IMG/VR virus record: IMGVR_UViG_3300006409_000029
DNA: 64,000 nt
Reading direction: 5' to 3' (one strand)
Source of the DNA: an uncultured virus (IMG/VR IMGVR_UViG_3300006409_000029)
Lineage: Duplodnaviria; Heunggongvirae; Uroviricota; Caudoviricetes
This document shows, piece after piece, positions 1-8,401 of the stretch. The notes under the pieces are model-generated. The model saw only the letters and a program-made list of their open reading frames with translations, had not been told where the DNA came from and did not search any database. Position 1 is the stretch's first letter; each line of letters begins with the position of its first letter. The position numbers were made by a program, and so were the translations under genes.

Positions 1-1
1 C

Positions 2-604
2 CTCAGTGCAGACTTCAGTGCTGACAAGCATTATAAACATAGCGGCTTTTCAGCGACTATTGTTTCCAGCTATGCTTCGCCATCTAGTATCCCTACGGGG
101 CTCACCTGGGACGGCACGAATGTTCTCAGTGCAGATACCAACACTGATAAACATTATAAACATAGCGGCTTTTCAGCGACTATTGTTTCCAGCTATGCTT
201 CGCCATCTAGTAGCCCTAGAGGAATTACCTGGGACGGCACGAATGTTCTCAGTGCAGATAGCGACACTGATAAACATTATAAACATAGCGGCTTTTCAGC
301 GACTATTGTTTCCAGCTATGCTTCGCCATCCACCCTTCCTAAAGGAATTACCTGGGACGGCACGAATGTTATCAGTGCAGATGCCACCGCTGATAAACAT
401 TATAAACATAGCGGCTTTTCAGCGACTATTGTTTCCAGCTATGCTTCGCCATATAGTAGCCCTGAAGGAATTACCTGGGACGATACGAATGTTCTCAGTG
501 CAGATACCACCGCTGATAAACATTATAAACATAGCGGCTTTTCAGCGACTATTGTTTCCAGCTATGCTTCGCCATCTAGTATCCCTTCGGGGCTCACCTG
601 GGAT
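2..604 (+). repeat. Five tandem 123-bp coding repeats (propeller blades)
   Basis: Units start at 2, 125, 248, 371 and 494. A 63-nt core is identical in units 2-5. Confidence 0.95.
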
Positions 605-3600
605 GCGCGATATGCTAATCAAGCCCCCTCTGCTCCCACCTCCCTCCTCTGCGAGCAACAAACCAACCCCGTAAACGTCACCGACCCCACGCCGGAATTC
701 TCGGCCATCTATAACGACCCCGATACGGGAGACATCGCAAATAAATACCGCATTCAGGTAAGCACTGATTCCACTTTTTCCACAGTTACCCATTGGGACA
801 GCGGTGCCGCAGGCACCACTATGGCGGACACCTCGGAGGGCACCCGCTCCCCCGACATCGTCTACGCAGGGTCAACGCTCACCGAGGGCAATACATACTA
901 CTGGCGTATCAAGTTCTGGGACGACGATGGTGCCGAGGGAGCATGGTCTACCGAAGAGGCATATTTCTATGTACCTAATCAATTCCAAGTATCATTGGCG
1001 GATACAAGCACGACCTCCGATGCTGTCAAGAAACGCGCTTCCCTCAAAAGGACAGATAGCGCCACATTATCCGATGCCCCTAAGAAGACGGCCTCCCTCA
1101 AGAGAGCAGATAGCGCCGCTCTCTCCGATAGCGTGGAGAAAGCGCCTCGGCTCAAGAGGACGGATAGCGCCGCGCTCTCAGATGCTCTCAAGAAGAGAGC
1201 CCAACTCAAAAAGACGGATAGTGCCGCTTTGTCCGATGCTCTCAAAAAAGCGCCTCGCCTCAAGAGAGCAGACAGCGCCGCCCTCTCCGATAGCGTGGAG
1301 AAGGCGCCTCGGCTCAAGAGGACGGATGCCCTCGGCTTGAGCGAGACTCTATGGCGAGCCATGCAATCCAAGCTGGCCGATAGCGTGGGAGCCACGGAAT
1401 CGCTGTCCAAGGATTTCAGGCTCTCTCGCTCCGATACCCTTGCCCTGGCCGATGCCCTGAGCAAGACGCTTAAAATCCCCTTCAGCGAGGCCCTCTCGCT
1501 GGTGGATGCCCTCAAAAAGAGGCCATCGAAGAAACTGTCGGATACCGCCGCGCTCTCCGACGCCTTCGATTTAACAATCACCATAAAAGCCCTCGATAGC
1601 CTGGCCCTGAGCGAGGCGTCCTGGAGGGGAATCGGCCTCTCTCCCGCCGATACCCTCTCGTTAACTGAGGCTCTCAAGAAAGATATATCCACTTTCCCCA
1701 CCGATACTCTCGCCCTGACCGAGGCCCCGGAGAAGACAATCGGCCTCTCTTACACCGATACCTTGTCCTTAACTGAAGCCTTGGTTAAAGATGTTAGCTT
1801 GCTTCGTGCCGAGACGCTATCCCTCTCCGACCTCCTCAAGAAACGCGTCTCATTGCCGTTGGCGGAATCCATCGCCCTGACCGAGGCCCTGAGCAAGGGA
1901 GTGACGCTTCCCTTCGCCGAAAGCGTGGGCCTCACGGATGCCTCATGGCGAGGCATTGGCCTCGGCCCGACCGATACGCTGTCTCTGGCCGAAGCCCTTA
2001 AGCTGACGATAGACCTCTCCTACGCCGATACGGTATCTCTGGCTGAGGCCATAGCCAAGGATGTCACCCTGCCCCGTGACGATACCCTGACCCTTTCCGA
2101 CTTGCTCAAGAAGCGCGTCTCATTCCCTCTGGCCGATGCCCTCGCTTTAGCCGACAGCATAAGCAAGAGGCCAGGCCCAGAGCTGGCTGATACCCTCGCC
2201 CTGGCGGATGCGCTGACCAGGACAATCGGCCTGGGCCCCAGCGACGCCCTCGCTTTAGCAGATGCCCTCAAGAGGGACGCCCAGCTCCTTCGGGCCGACA
2301 GCCTGGCCCTGGCCGATACTGTATCAAAGCTCTCATCCCTCTTCCCGGCTGAAGCAGTATCCCTAACCGATACCCTTAGCAAGGGACTTACCCTGCCCTT
2401 CAGCGAGGCCCTCTCCCTCTCCGACTTGGCGAAATTGGGCATTGGCCTCTTCCCCGCCGAGGCGCTTGCCCTCACCGATGCCGTCGTCAGGGATATGGAG
2501 CTATCTCAGGCCGACTCCCTCGCCCTGGCGGAGGCCATAGCCAAGTCGTTCACATTGCCCACCGCCGATGCCCTGACCCTGGCCGACAGTATCAGCAAGG
2601 AGCCTCAGCCTGGCCTGAGCGATAGCCTGGCCCTGGCGGATGCGCTCATCCGAGCCATCGGCGTCGGCCCGACCGATGCCCTGGCTCTTGCCGATGCCCT
2701 CATCAAGGACATCGGCCTCTCTCAGGCGGAGACGGCCTCCCTCGCCGATACCCTGCTCAAAGATATAAGCTCCAAGCTGCCCGATTCCGTAACTCTCGCC
2801 GACGAGGAGACCAGAGATGTAGGTCTCTCTGCGACCGACACCATCTCCATCGCCGACGACATACTCAAAGCCTTCACTCTATCCGCCGCCGATACTCTCG
2901 CCCTGGCGGACGCCATCTCCAAGACCCTGCAACTGGCTCAGGCGGAGGCCCTGGCTCTCAGCGATGCCCTGAGTAAACTCCTCTCCCTTTCCTACGCCGA
3001 TAGCGTGGGCCTCAGCGACCTTTTGGAGTTGACCCTTGGCAAGGGCGTCGCCATCGCCGATAGCCTGGCCGTCAGCGAATCTCTCGTGAGGGACATCGGC
3101 CTCGGCCTTACGGCTCTGGTCTCTTTAGCCGAGGCGCTGCGCAGGGACGTTGACCTCTCGGTGCAGGATACCGCAGCCCTCGCTGATACTCTCTATAAAT
3201 ACCCCGCCAAAGCGCTGGCCGATACAGCCGCCCTCGCCGAGAGCCTGAGCAAGCTCCCCGGCGTCCAGCTATCGGATGTTACTACCCTGGCCGATGCCCT
3301 CGACAGGACAGCCGGACTTGGCCTGTCGGATGCCCTGGCTTTGATTGATGCGCTCATCAAAGCGCCCTCCCTGAGCAAGGCGGACTCCATAGCCCTCGAT
3401 GAGGCCCTCAGTAAGGATGCAGATGTAGCCTTATTCGATACTATGGCCCTGGTCGAGGCCCTGCGGACAACGACAGGGATTGGACTGGCCGACAGCCTTG
3501 CCCTCGCCGAGGCGCTGATTCAGGACATTGGCCTGCGCTCCACCGATACGATTGCGTTGACCGATGCCCTAGCCAAGGGAATCGAGCTATCCGCTGACGA

Positions 3601-4150
3601 TGCTCTCTCCATAAGCGAATTGCTCAGCAAGAAAGCCGAGGTGAGGGCCGAGGATGTCCTCGGCCTGGCGGATGAGCTTATCAGGGAGGCAGCCCTCTCC
3701 CTCGCCAGTGCGATAGCTCTCGCTGACGAGCTATCGAAGGCGATGGAGGTCTTCAGGGAGGATGTCGCTGGCCTGGCTGATGCCCTCGCTGCCGAGATAG
3801 GTTACATTCTCTCATTGGACGATACGGCGACGATTAGCGATGCGCCATCGTTGGGAGTGGCGCTATCCATCCTGGATTCTGCCTCCCTTGCCGATGTGCT
3901 ATCGCGAAGCATAAGTCTGTATGCCTCAGACCTGCTCTCCGTCCTGGATGCCATTATCGAATTCAGGTGGTATATCTATCTCCTCCAGGCGCTCACCCTC
4001 ACCGACAGCATATCCAAGCCCGTTCTCAAAGGGCCACAGGCGCCAGAGGAGAGGCACTTCGTCGTACCCGCCGAGGACAGAGCGCCAAAGGTGCCGGAGG
4101 ATACCCGCCTGTTTGTGGTACCCGCCGAGAACAGGGTCATCTATGCCTAG
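2..4150 (+). CDS. Giant virion fibre-like protein, 5' partial: 41-aa beta-propeller repeats, Fn3-like domain, long 18-aa repeat stalk
   Basis: Frame +2 is open from base 2 into the listed ORF 821-4150. It reads LSADxxxDKHYKHSGFSATIVSSYASPxxxPxG(L/I)TWDGTNV five times, then PTSLLCEQQTNP..PEFS..YRIQV..WDSG..YYWRIKFWD..WS (Fn3/rhamnosidase N-terminal-like), then xDxLxLxDxL repeats. It ends in two F-V-V-P-A-E-x-R motifs. Confidence 0.8.
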   Translation, partial: LSADFSADKHYKHSGFSATIVSSYASPSSIPTGLTWDGTNVLSADTNTDKHYKHSGFSATIVSSYASPSSSPRGITWDGTNVLSADSDTDKHYKHSGFSATIVSSYASPSTLPKGITWDGTNVISADATADKHYKHSGFSATIVSSYASPYSSPEGITWDDTNVLSADTTADKHYKHSGFSATIVSSYASPSSIPSGLTWDARYANQAPSAPTSLLCEQQTNPVNVTDPTPEFSAIYNDPDTGDIANKYRIQVSTDSTFSTVTHWDSGAAGTTMADTSEGTRSPDIVYAGSTLTEGNTYYWRIKFWDDDGAEGAWSTEEAYFYVPNQFQVSLADTSTTSDAVKKRASLKRTDSATLSDAPKKTASLKRADSAALSDSVEKAPRLKRTDSAALSDALKKRAQLKKTDSAALSDALKKAPRLKRADSAALSDSVEKAPRLKRTDALGLSETLWRAMQSKLADSVGATESLSKDFRLSRSDTLALADALSKTLKIPFSEALSLVDALKKRPSKKLSDTAALSDAFDLTITIKALDSLALSEASWRGIGLSPADTLSLTEALKKDISTFPTDTLALTEAPEKTIGLSYTDTLSLTEALVKDVSLLRAETLSLSDLLKKRVSLPLAESIALTEALSKGVTLPFAESVGLTDASWRGIGLGPTDTLSLAEALKLTIDLSYADTVSLAEAIAKDVTLPRDDTLTLSDLLKKRVSFPLADALALADSISKRPGPELADTLALADALTRTIGLGPSDALALADALKRDAQLLRADSLALADTVSKLSSLFPAEAVSLTDTLSKGLTLPFSEALSLSDLAKLGIGLFPAEALALTDAVVRDMELSQADSLALAEAIAKSFTLPTADALTLADSISKEPQPGLSDSLALADALIRAIGVGPTDALALADALIKDIGLSQAETASLADTLLKDISSKLPDSVTLADEETRDVGLSATDTISIADDILKAFTLSAADTLALADAISKTLQLAQAEALALSDALSKLLSLSYADSVGLSDLLELTLGKGVAIADSLAVSESLVRDIGLGLTALVSLAEALRRDVDLSVQDTAALADTLYKYPAKALADTAALAESLSKLPGVQLSDVTTLADALDRTAGLGLSDALALIDALIKAPSLSKADSIALDEALSKDADVALFDTMALVEALRTTTGIGLADSLALAEALIQDIGLRSTDTIALTDALAKGIELSADDALSISELLSKKAEVRAEDVLGLADELIREAALSLASAIALADELSKAMEVFREDVAGLADALAAEIGYILSLDDTATISDAPSLGVALSILDSASLADVLSRSISLYASDLLSVLDAIIEFRWYIYLLQALTLTDSISKPVLKGPQAPEERHFVVPAEDRAPKVPEDTRLFVVPAENRVIYA
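1000..3950 (+). repeat. Degenerate 54-bp (18-aa) coding repeats, roughly 50 copies
   Basis: Examples are LKRTDSATLSDAPKKTAS, LKRADSAALSDSVEKAPR and SDTLALADALSKTLKIPF. Confidence 0.9.
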
Positions 4151-4152
4151 AC

Positions 4153-4181
4153 TTGCCCTCTTCGCTCAATCGTGGTATAAT
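4153..4181 (+). promoter_or_regulatory. Sigma70-type promoter
   Basis: TTGCCC-17 nt-TATAAT, followed by the AAGGAGG RBS of ORF 4224. Confidence 0.7.
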
Positions 4182-4223
4182 CTCAACAAATATCTCAGCA
4201 AATCTTAAAAAAGGAGGAAGGAT

Positions 4224-4754
4224 ATGAATATACCCCCAGTACGGAAGACACAAATCCCTATTGTCATGAACGAATATCTCTCGGAGTGGGCCTCCCAAAT
4301 AGAGGAGAATACCTACCTCTACGTGATTGGGTGGGCATATCAGCCTGGCGATAACCCCAGCCTGGAGTGGTTTATCTCGTATAACGAGAAAGAGTGGCAA
4401 CGCCTCATCGAGGAGGAGCTTCGAGCGGAGCTTGAAACTCAAATCGCCAAGGGCTATACCTCCCTCCTCAAAGCGGCCATGAACGTGGGCGACATAAAGA
4501 CGGTCATAGTGACCATGCTTTACCCCAAGCCGATGGAGGTAAGGGAGGGCATGAATATCTACCTGGTCTCCTATCAGTATGTCTTCCCCCAGGAAGACAT
4601 ACAGGAGTTTTTCTCCCTCCCCGCCCATTCAAGCCCTCACGAGGCCGCTATGGATGTCGGGATTTTCTTTGGAAAGCACCTCAACATCCGTATGCAGGAG
4701 CTAATCCAGAAGTACGGTATAGCCATCTACCCGACCTCAATCACATGGTATTAA
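4224..4754 (+). CDS. Hypothetical protein with its own promoter (moron-like)
   Basis: 176-aa ORF with a strong RBS; no family recognised. Confidence 0.8.
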   Translation: MNIPPVRKTQIPIVMNEYLSEWASQIEENTYLYVIGWAYQPGDNPSLEWFISYNEKEWQRLIEEELRAELETQIAKGYTSLLKAAMNVGDIKTVIVTMLYPKPMEVREGMNIYLVSYQYVFPQEDIQEFFSLPAHSSPHEAAMDVGIFFGKHLNIRMQELIQKYGIAIYPTSITWY

Positions 4755-4763
4755 GGAGTAGCT

Positions 4764-5027
4764 ATGTTTACCAAAGACCCTGATGCCACGCTCGACTATA
4801 CAGTGGATTGGCAGTACTGGCTGCAAAGCGGCGAGAAGCTGATAGCCTCTAACTGGGATGTCCCCAGCGGTATCACGAAGGAAAAAGACTTCTTCGACGA
4901 TACCAGCGCCACCATCTGGCTATCCGGCGGCACCGTCGGCACCACCTACAGCCTGACCAATCAAATCGAGACCAATCACGGTCGAAAAGACGACCGCACC
5001 ATACGTATCAGGGTGATGGAACGCTAG
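4764..5027 (+). CDS. Phage fibre-tail adaptor-like small Ig-fold protein
   Basis: MFTKDPDATLDYTVDW..WL..ATIWLSGG..Y.LTN.IET..GR.DDRT matches a widespread family encoded next to fibre genes. Confidence 0.75.
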   Translation: MFTKDPDATLDYTVDWQYWLQSGEKLIASNWDVPSGITKEKDFFDDTSATIWLSGGTVGTTYSLTNQIETNHGRKDDRTIRIRVMER

Positions 5028-5113
5028 AGTACAACGCTAGAGTACTATGCCAGTTGGCATAAGAGCAGCGCTGCCTCCTCCTAAACAGATGCTCCCCCCA
5101 TGCAGCGCTGCGC

Positions 5114-5152
5114 AATAAAAAAGAGGGGCAAAGGTGCCCCTCTTTTTATTTT
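5114..5152. terminator. Bidirectional intrinsic terminator between convergent operons
   Basis: AATAAAAAAGAGGGGCA-AAGG-TGCCCCTCTTTTTATTTT. Confidence 0.9.
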
Positions 5153-5165
5153 GTCTATCTCTCTG

Positions 5166-6650
5166 CTAATCCTTTGGCTCCCATACGAGGGTGTAGAGAC
5201 CCTCCTCGCTTGGGGTGAGCGAGGGCTTCGGCCCCAGGTATATCGGGTAGAGGGCCGTCAGCCCATGCTCCGGATGGAGGAAGATGAGGTTTTGGGTTGG
5301 ACGGCTGGCCTCCTGGAGCTGGGCGATGGAGAACTTACTCGCCCCCATCCATGAGCCGTTCACCAGGAGGTTTCCATGCGCCACCTCTATCTTCGCCGCC
5401 TTGTGATGGTGGCCGATGTGCACCACGTCCCAGAAGACGCCTGAGAGCTGCACCATCTTGGCGGTGAAGGTCTCCAGCCCATAGTACGGCGTGCGATAGT
5501 ATCTCCGTATCTGGTCTCCATGCGCCAAGAGGTGGCGGTGCACCGCCCCGTTCTCCAGCCGCAGCTCATACCCCATGAAAGGCACCAGGCTCAGTCGAAA
5601 CTCTATATTCTCGTTCGCCTGGAGGAGTATCCTCAAGTTATGGTAGAAGAGGTAGTCGGCGTTCGACCTCATATGGTACGTGCCAGGCTTCCCCAGGCGA
5701 CCGTGGTTCCCCCAAACGGCGTGCACCGTCACTTTCTCCACGAAGGAGGCCAGCGGGACGAGTACCCGCTTCGACATCTCATACGACCCTTCGATTACCT
5801 GGTCGGCCAGTATCCGGTCGATGTCGCGAGCCTGGCCCTGATAGATGGATTCGTTCGTCACTATGTCCCCCAGGAAGTTGATGATGAGGGACTTGATGGG
5901 GATGCCAGCCGCTCTCCGCTCATTGATGATGGAGCACACTCTATCCCTCAACTCATCCATCCTGGTCATGGCCGTATCCCAGTCATACCCTCCGAGGCCC
6001 GGCGACCCCAAATCCGCAGGCAGCTCGCACTGGCCCAGGTGGGCGTCGCTTATGTCCAGCACGGCTATCTGGGGCCGCTTGTCCTGCTTGACCTTCGGGC
6101 GCGGATACCTCGGCATGGGAGGGAGTCGAGGGAGGAGGGACTCCAGATGTTGCACGAAGAGGCTGTCAATCGCCCTTATGTTCTCCAGCTCCCGCCGGAG
6201 CTTCTCGTTCTCCTTGATTACGATGACGAGCTGGCGATTCAGCCTCTCCTCCGTCTCCCGCGTCATCTCGAAGGGCAGCTCAAAGTCTTTGAGAGCCTTC
6301 AACCGCTTGAGCTGGCAATGGAAGGCGTCGTAAGACCTGTCGTGCCCCAGGGCGCGGAAGGCTTTATAGATGTCCTTCGCCGCCTTGAGGTTTCCCTCCT
6401 CGGTGAGGGCCCAGAGGTCTCTCAGCTCCTCGTCCGTCCACCGAGGGCTGACCTCCCTCGTCGCCTTGGGCGTCCCCTCCTGCATCTCCATCTTCAGCCT
6501 CTTCAGGCGAGCCCGCGTCGCCTCGAACGTCCGGGAATATCCCATCCCCAGGAATTCCCGGTAGAGCTGGCGGGTCAAGGGGCGCGTGCCCCCCTCTGTC
6601 AGCTCCCAGAGGTCGCGTATCTCCTGCTCCGTCCAGGGTTTTGTTGACAT
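5166..6650 (-). CDS. Calcineurin-like metallophosphoesterase/nuclease with two N-terminal Myb-like HTH repeats
   Basis: Motifs DAHLG, LGDIV, GNHG, AHGD and GHHH; two WTxEE.RDLW.LTE repeats followed by a coiled coil. Confidence 0.85.
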   Translation of the reverse strand: MSTKPWTEQEIRDLWELTEGGTRPLTRQLYREFLGMGYSRTFEATRARLKRLKMEMQEGTPKATREVSPRWTDEELRDLWALTEEGNLKAAKDIYKAFRALGHDRSYDAFHCQLKRLKALKDFELPFEMTRETEERLNRQLVIVIKENEKLRRELENIRAIDSLFVQHLESLLPRLPPMPRYPRPKVKQDKRPQIAVLDISDAHLGQCELPADLGSPGLGGYDWDTAMTRMDELRDRVCSIINERRAAGIPIKSLIINFLGDIVTNESIYQGQARDIDRILADQVIEGSYEMSKRVLVPLASFVEKVTVHAVWGNHGRLGKPGTYHMRSNADYLFYHNLRILLQANENIEFRLSLVPFMGYELRLENGAVHRHLLAHGDQIRRYYRTPYYGLETFTAKMVQLSGVFWDVVHIGHHHKAAKIEVAHGNLLVNGSWMGASKFSIAQLQEASRPTQNLIFLHPEHGLTALYPIYLGPKPSLTPSEEGLYTLVWEPKD

Positions 6651-6713
6651 TTTTTCCTCCTTTCCAAAGTGCCATATGGCACTTTACATATATTGATGGC
6701 TCCGCTTCGCCCC

Positions 6714-7337
6714 CTAGATGTCTCCGCAGCGGCTCTCCCTCAATACCCTGAGCCGCCCGATGAGCGAATCCAGGAGGCGGCATAGCCACGACTCCCCTAT
6801 CTGCGCTATATCCGTCTCCTTATAGTAATATGTGGCGATGGTGCGCCAGGGCCACCCCCAATCAGCATAGGTCTTCAGCCCCCACTGGCAGGCCCCGACC
6901 CCATGCCCGAATATCTCCTCAAACCCGCAAAAGCAAAGCCTGGCCCTGAGATATGGCCTCTCCTCTCCGAAGACCTCCTCGGAGTTCAGCGTCATGCCAT
7001 CGCAATGGCTGAAGTAGAGGGCCTCTATCGGGGCCAGGCCGGACGGATAGTGATAGAGATATAGGCCCCTCGTCCTCTCTATGGCCTCGTCCGTTCGGGC
7101 GTGGGTCTTATCGGGGGCCCACATCTGGCAGTGCGTGGTGTCGCAGACATGGCACCCCTCGTACTCATGGCGCGGGTGCTTAATCGCGTAGAACGCATAC
7201 GTGCGGGCGATGACCGCAAAGGCGGCCAGCGCCTCATCCGGCCAGCTCGCATATATCTCCGAGGGAAGCACCCCCCTGAGATATTCCTCCAGGTCGAGCT
7301 GAAATATCCCCCGCCGGCTGAATATCCTTATGTCCAT
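6714..7337 (-). CDS. SpoIID/LytB-domain peptidoglycan lytic transglycosylase
   Basis: LEEYLRGVLPSEI..SWP.EAL.A.AV.ARTYA, CDTTHCQ, YFSHCDG, GHGVG.CQWG. Confidence 0.9.
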   Translation of the reverse strand: MDIRIFSRRGIFQLDLEEYLRGVLPSEIYASWPDEALAAFAVIARTYAFYAIKHPRHEYEGCHVCDTTHCQMWAPDKTHARTDEAIERTRGLYLYHYPSGLAPIEALYFSHCDGMTLNSEEVFGEERPYLRARLCFCGFEEIFGHGVGACQWGLKTYADWGWPWRTIATYYYKETDIAQIGESWLCRLLDSLIGRLRVLRESRCGDI

Positions 7338-7341
7338 CTAC

Positions 7342-7590
7342 CTATATCCCTAACAACCTGATGATAATGCCGACCACCAGCGAGCCGATTATCAGTCCCA
7401 GGAGCATCTTATTGAGATGCTGCTCGTTTCGGGCTATATATCTCACCTCCGAGTTCAGCAGCGCTATCTGCTCACTGAGTCGGCTCTCTACCAGCGCAAG
7501 TTCCTGCCTCAAATCCTGGCGCAGCGCACCCATCGCCACCTCTAACTGCGTGAGGCGATGTTCAAGCTGTATGCGGTTTTCCTGTTCCAT
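7342..7590 (-). CDS. Coiled coil with C-terminal TM helix, XhlA/holin-like
   Basis: Architecture, and position beside the lytic enzyme. Confidence 0.55.
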   Translation of the reverse strand: MEQENRIQLEHRLTQLEVAMGALRQDLRQELALVESRLSEQIALLNSEVRYIARNEQHLNKMLLGLIIGSLVVGIIIRLLGI

Positions 7591-8124
7591 CTATATCCCC
7601 CTGAGAAGATTATACTTAGGAAGGTAGCTCACTCTCAGCCTCGTCGTGTAGCAGGCCGCGCCAAGATTCCTCTCCCTGTTTATGGCTCTAAAGCAATTCT
7701 CCAACCTCGTTGTGAGATATAGTCCATCTTCCAGCTCTTGCATGGATGGCACTCCCTGCGGGAAATAGTCCGGCACGGGAGCTATCTGGGAGACCTCTGG
7801 CCTGTCCTCAAGCATCCGGCAAAGCTCCTCCGCCCAGTTGGGCTTCCCTAAAGGAGGCAACCAGCAGTCGTCCGCCAGGATGACGTAATCGCTTTGGGCC
7901 ATCTCCAGCAGCACCCCCACAGGCAGCGCCTCGGCGGTGAACACCTCCGCAAACGCCAGGCCGTCGTTCACCAAATCCCCCATGAAGGCGGCCAGCAAGT
8001 CCCATGCCCTGGCCTCCTCCTTGGAGGCGTAGACGTAGAGCCTGGCGTTGGGAAGGGTGCACAGCTCAGGTATCACCTGGGCCGCCCTATCCCATCTGGT
8101 TATCCTCAGTATCAGGTCTATCAT
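7591..8124 (-). CDS. GT-A (GT2-like) glycosyltransferase-like protein
   Basis: AQSDYVILADDC..P..W.EEL..MLE.RPEV..IAP pattern. Confidence 0.55.
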   Translation of the reverse strand: MIDLILRITRWDRAAQVIPELCTLPNARLYVYASKEEARAWDLLAAFMGDLVNDGLAFAEVFTAEALPVGVLLEMAQSDYVILADDCWLPPLGKPNWAEELCRMLEDRPEVSQIAPVPDYFPQGVPSMQELEDGLYLTTRLENCFRAINRERNLGAACYTTRLRVSYLPKYNLLRGI

Positions 8125-8389
8125 CTTTACCCTCAGCGGAAGCCTTCGCCATGAGTAACGCCTGGCGCGTCAGCTCACGGGCCACCATCTGGCAGTTCTC
8201 CGCCGCCTCCAGGAAAGCCTCCGGCAATCTCGGTATCCCGATTAAGGAGAACTCCAGGTTTGTCCGCCTCCAGACGATGGTGATGGCGGAGGCCCTCTCC
8301 TGGAGGAGGGCAGCGATTCGCCCCAGCACCTCCTCCTCCTGGCATCCCAGGAGCTTTGTGACTTCCTGTAACACTTTTTTCTTAGCCAT
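8087..8389 (-). CDS. Hypothetical protein
   Basis: In operon, with AAGGAGG RBS. Confidence 0.7.
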   Translation of the reverse strand: MAKKKVLQEVTKLLGCQEEEVLGRIAALLQERASAITIVWRRTNLEFSLIGIPRLPEAFLEAAENCQMVARELTRQALLMAKASAEGKDDRPDTEDNQMG

Positions 8390-8401
8390 AATCCCTCCTT
8401 T

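Noticed and set aside
2..604. 123-bp repeats as a CRISPR array
   Set aside because: The period is a multiple of 3, the constant part is too long, the variable parts are only a few codons, and frame +2 is an open propeller ORF.
6..674. Listed 222-aa ORF in frame +3
   Set aside because: Shadow of the repeats; frame +2 gives recognisable blades and continues into ORF 821-4150.
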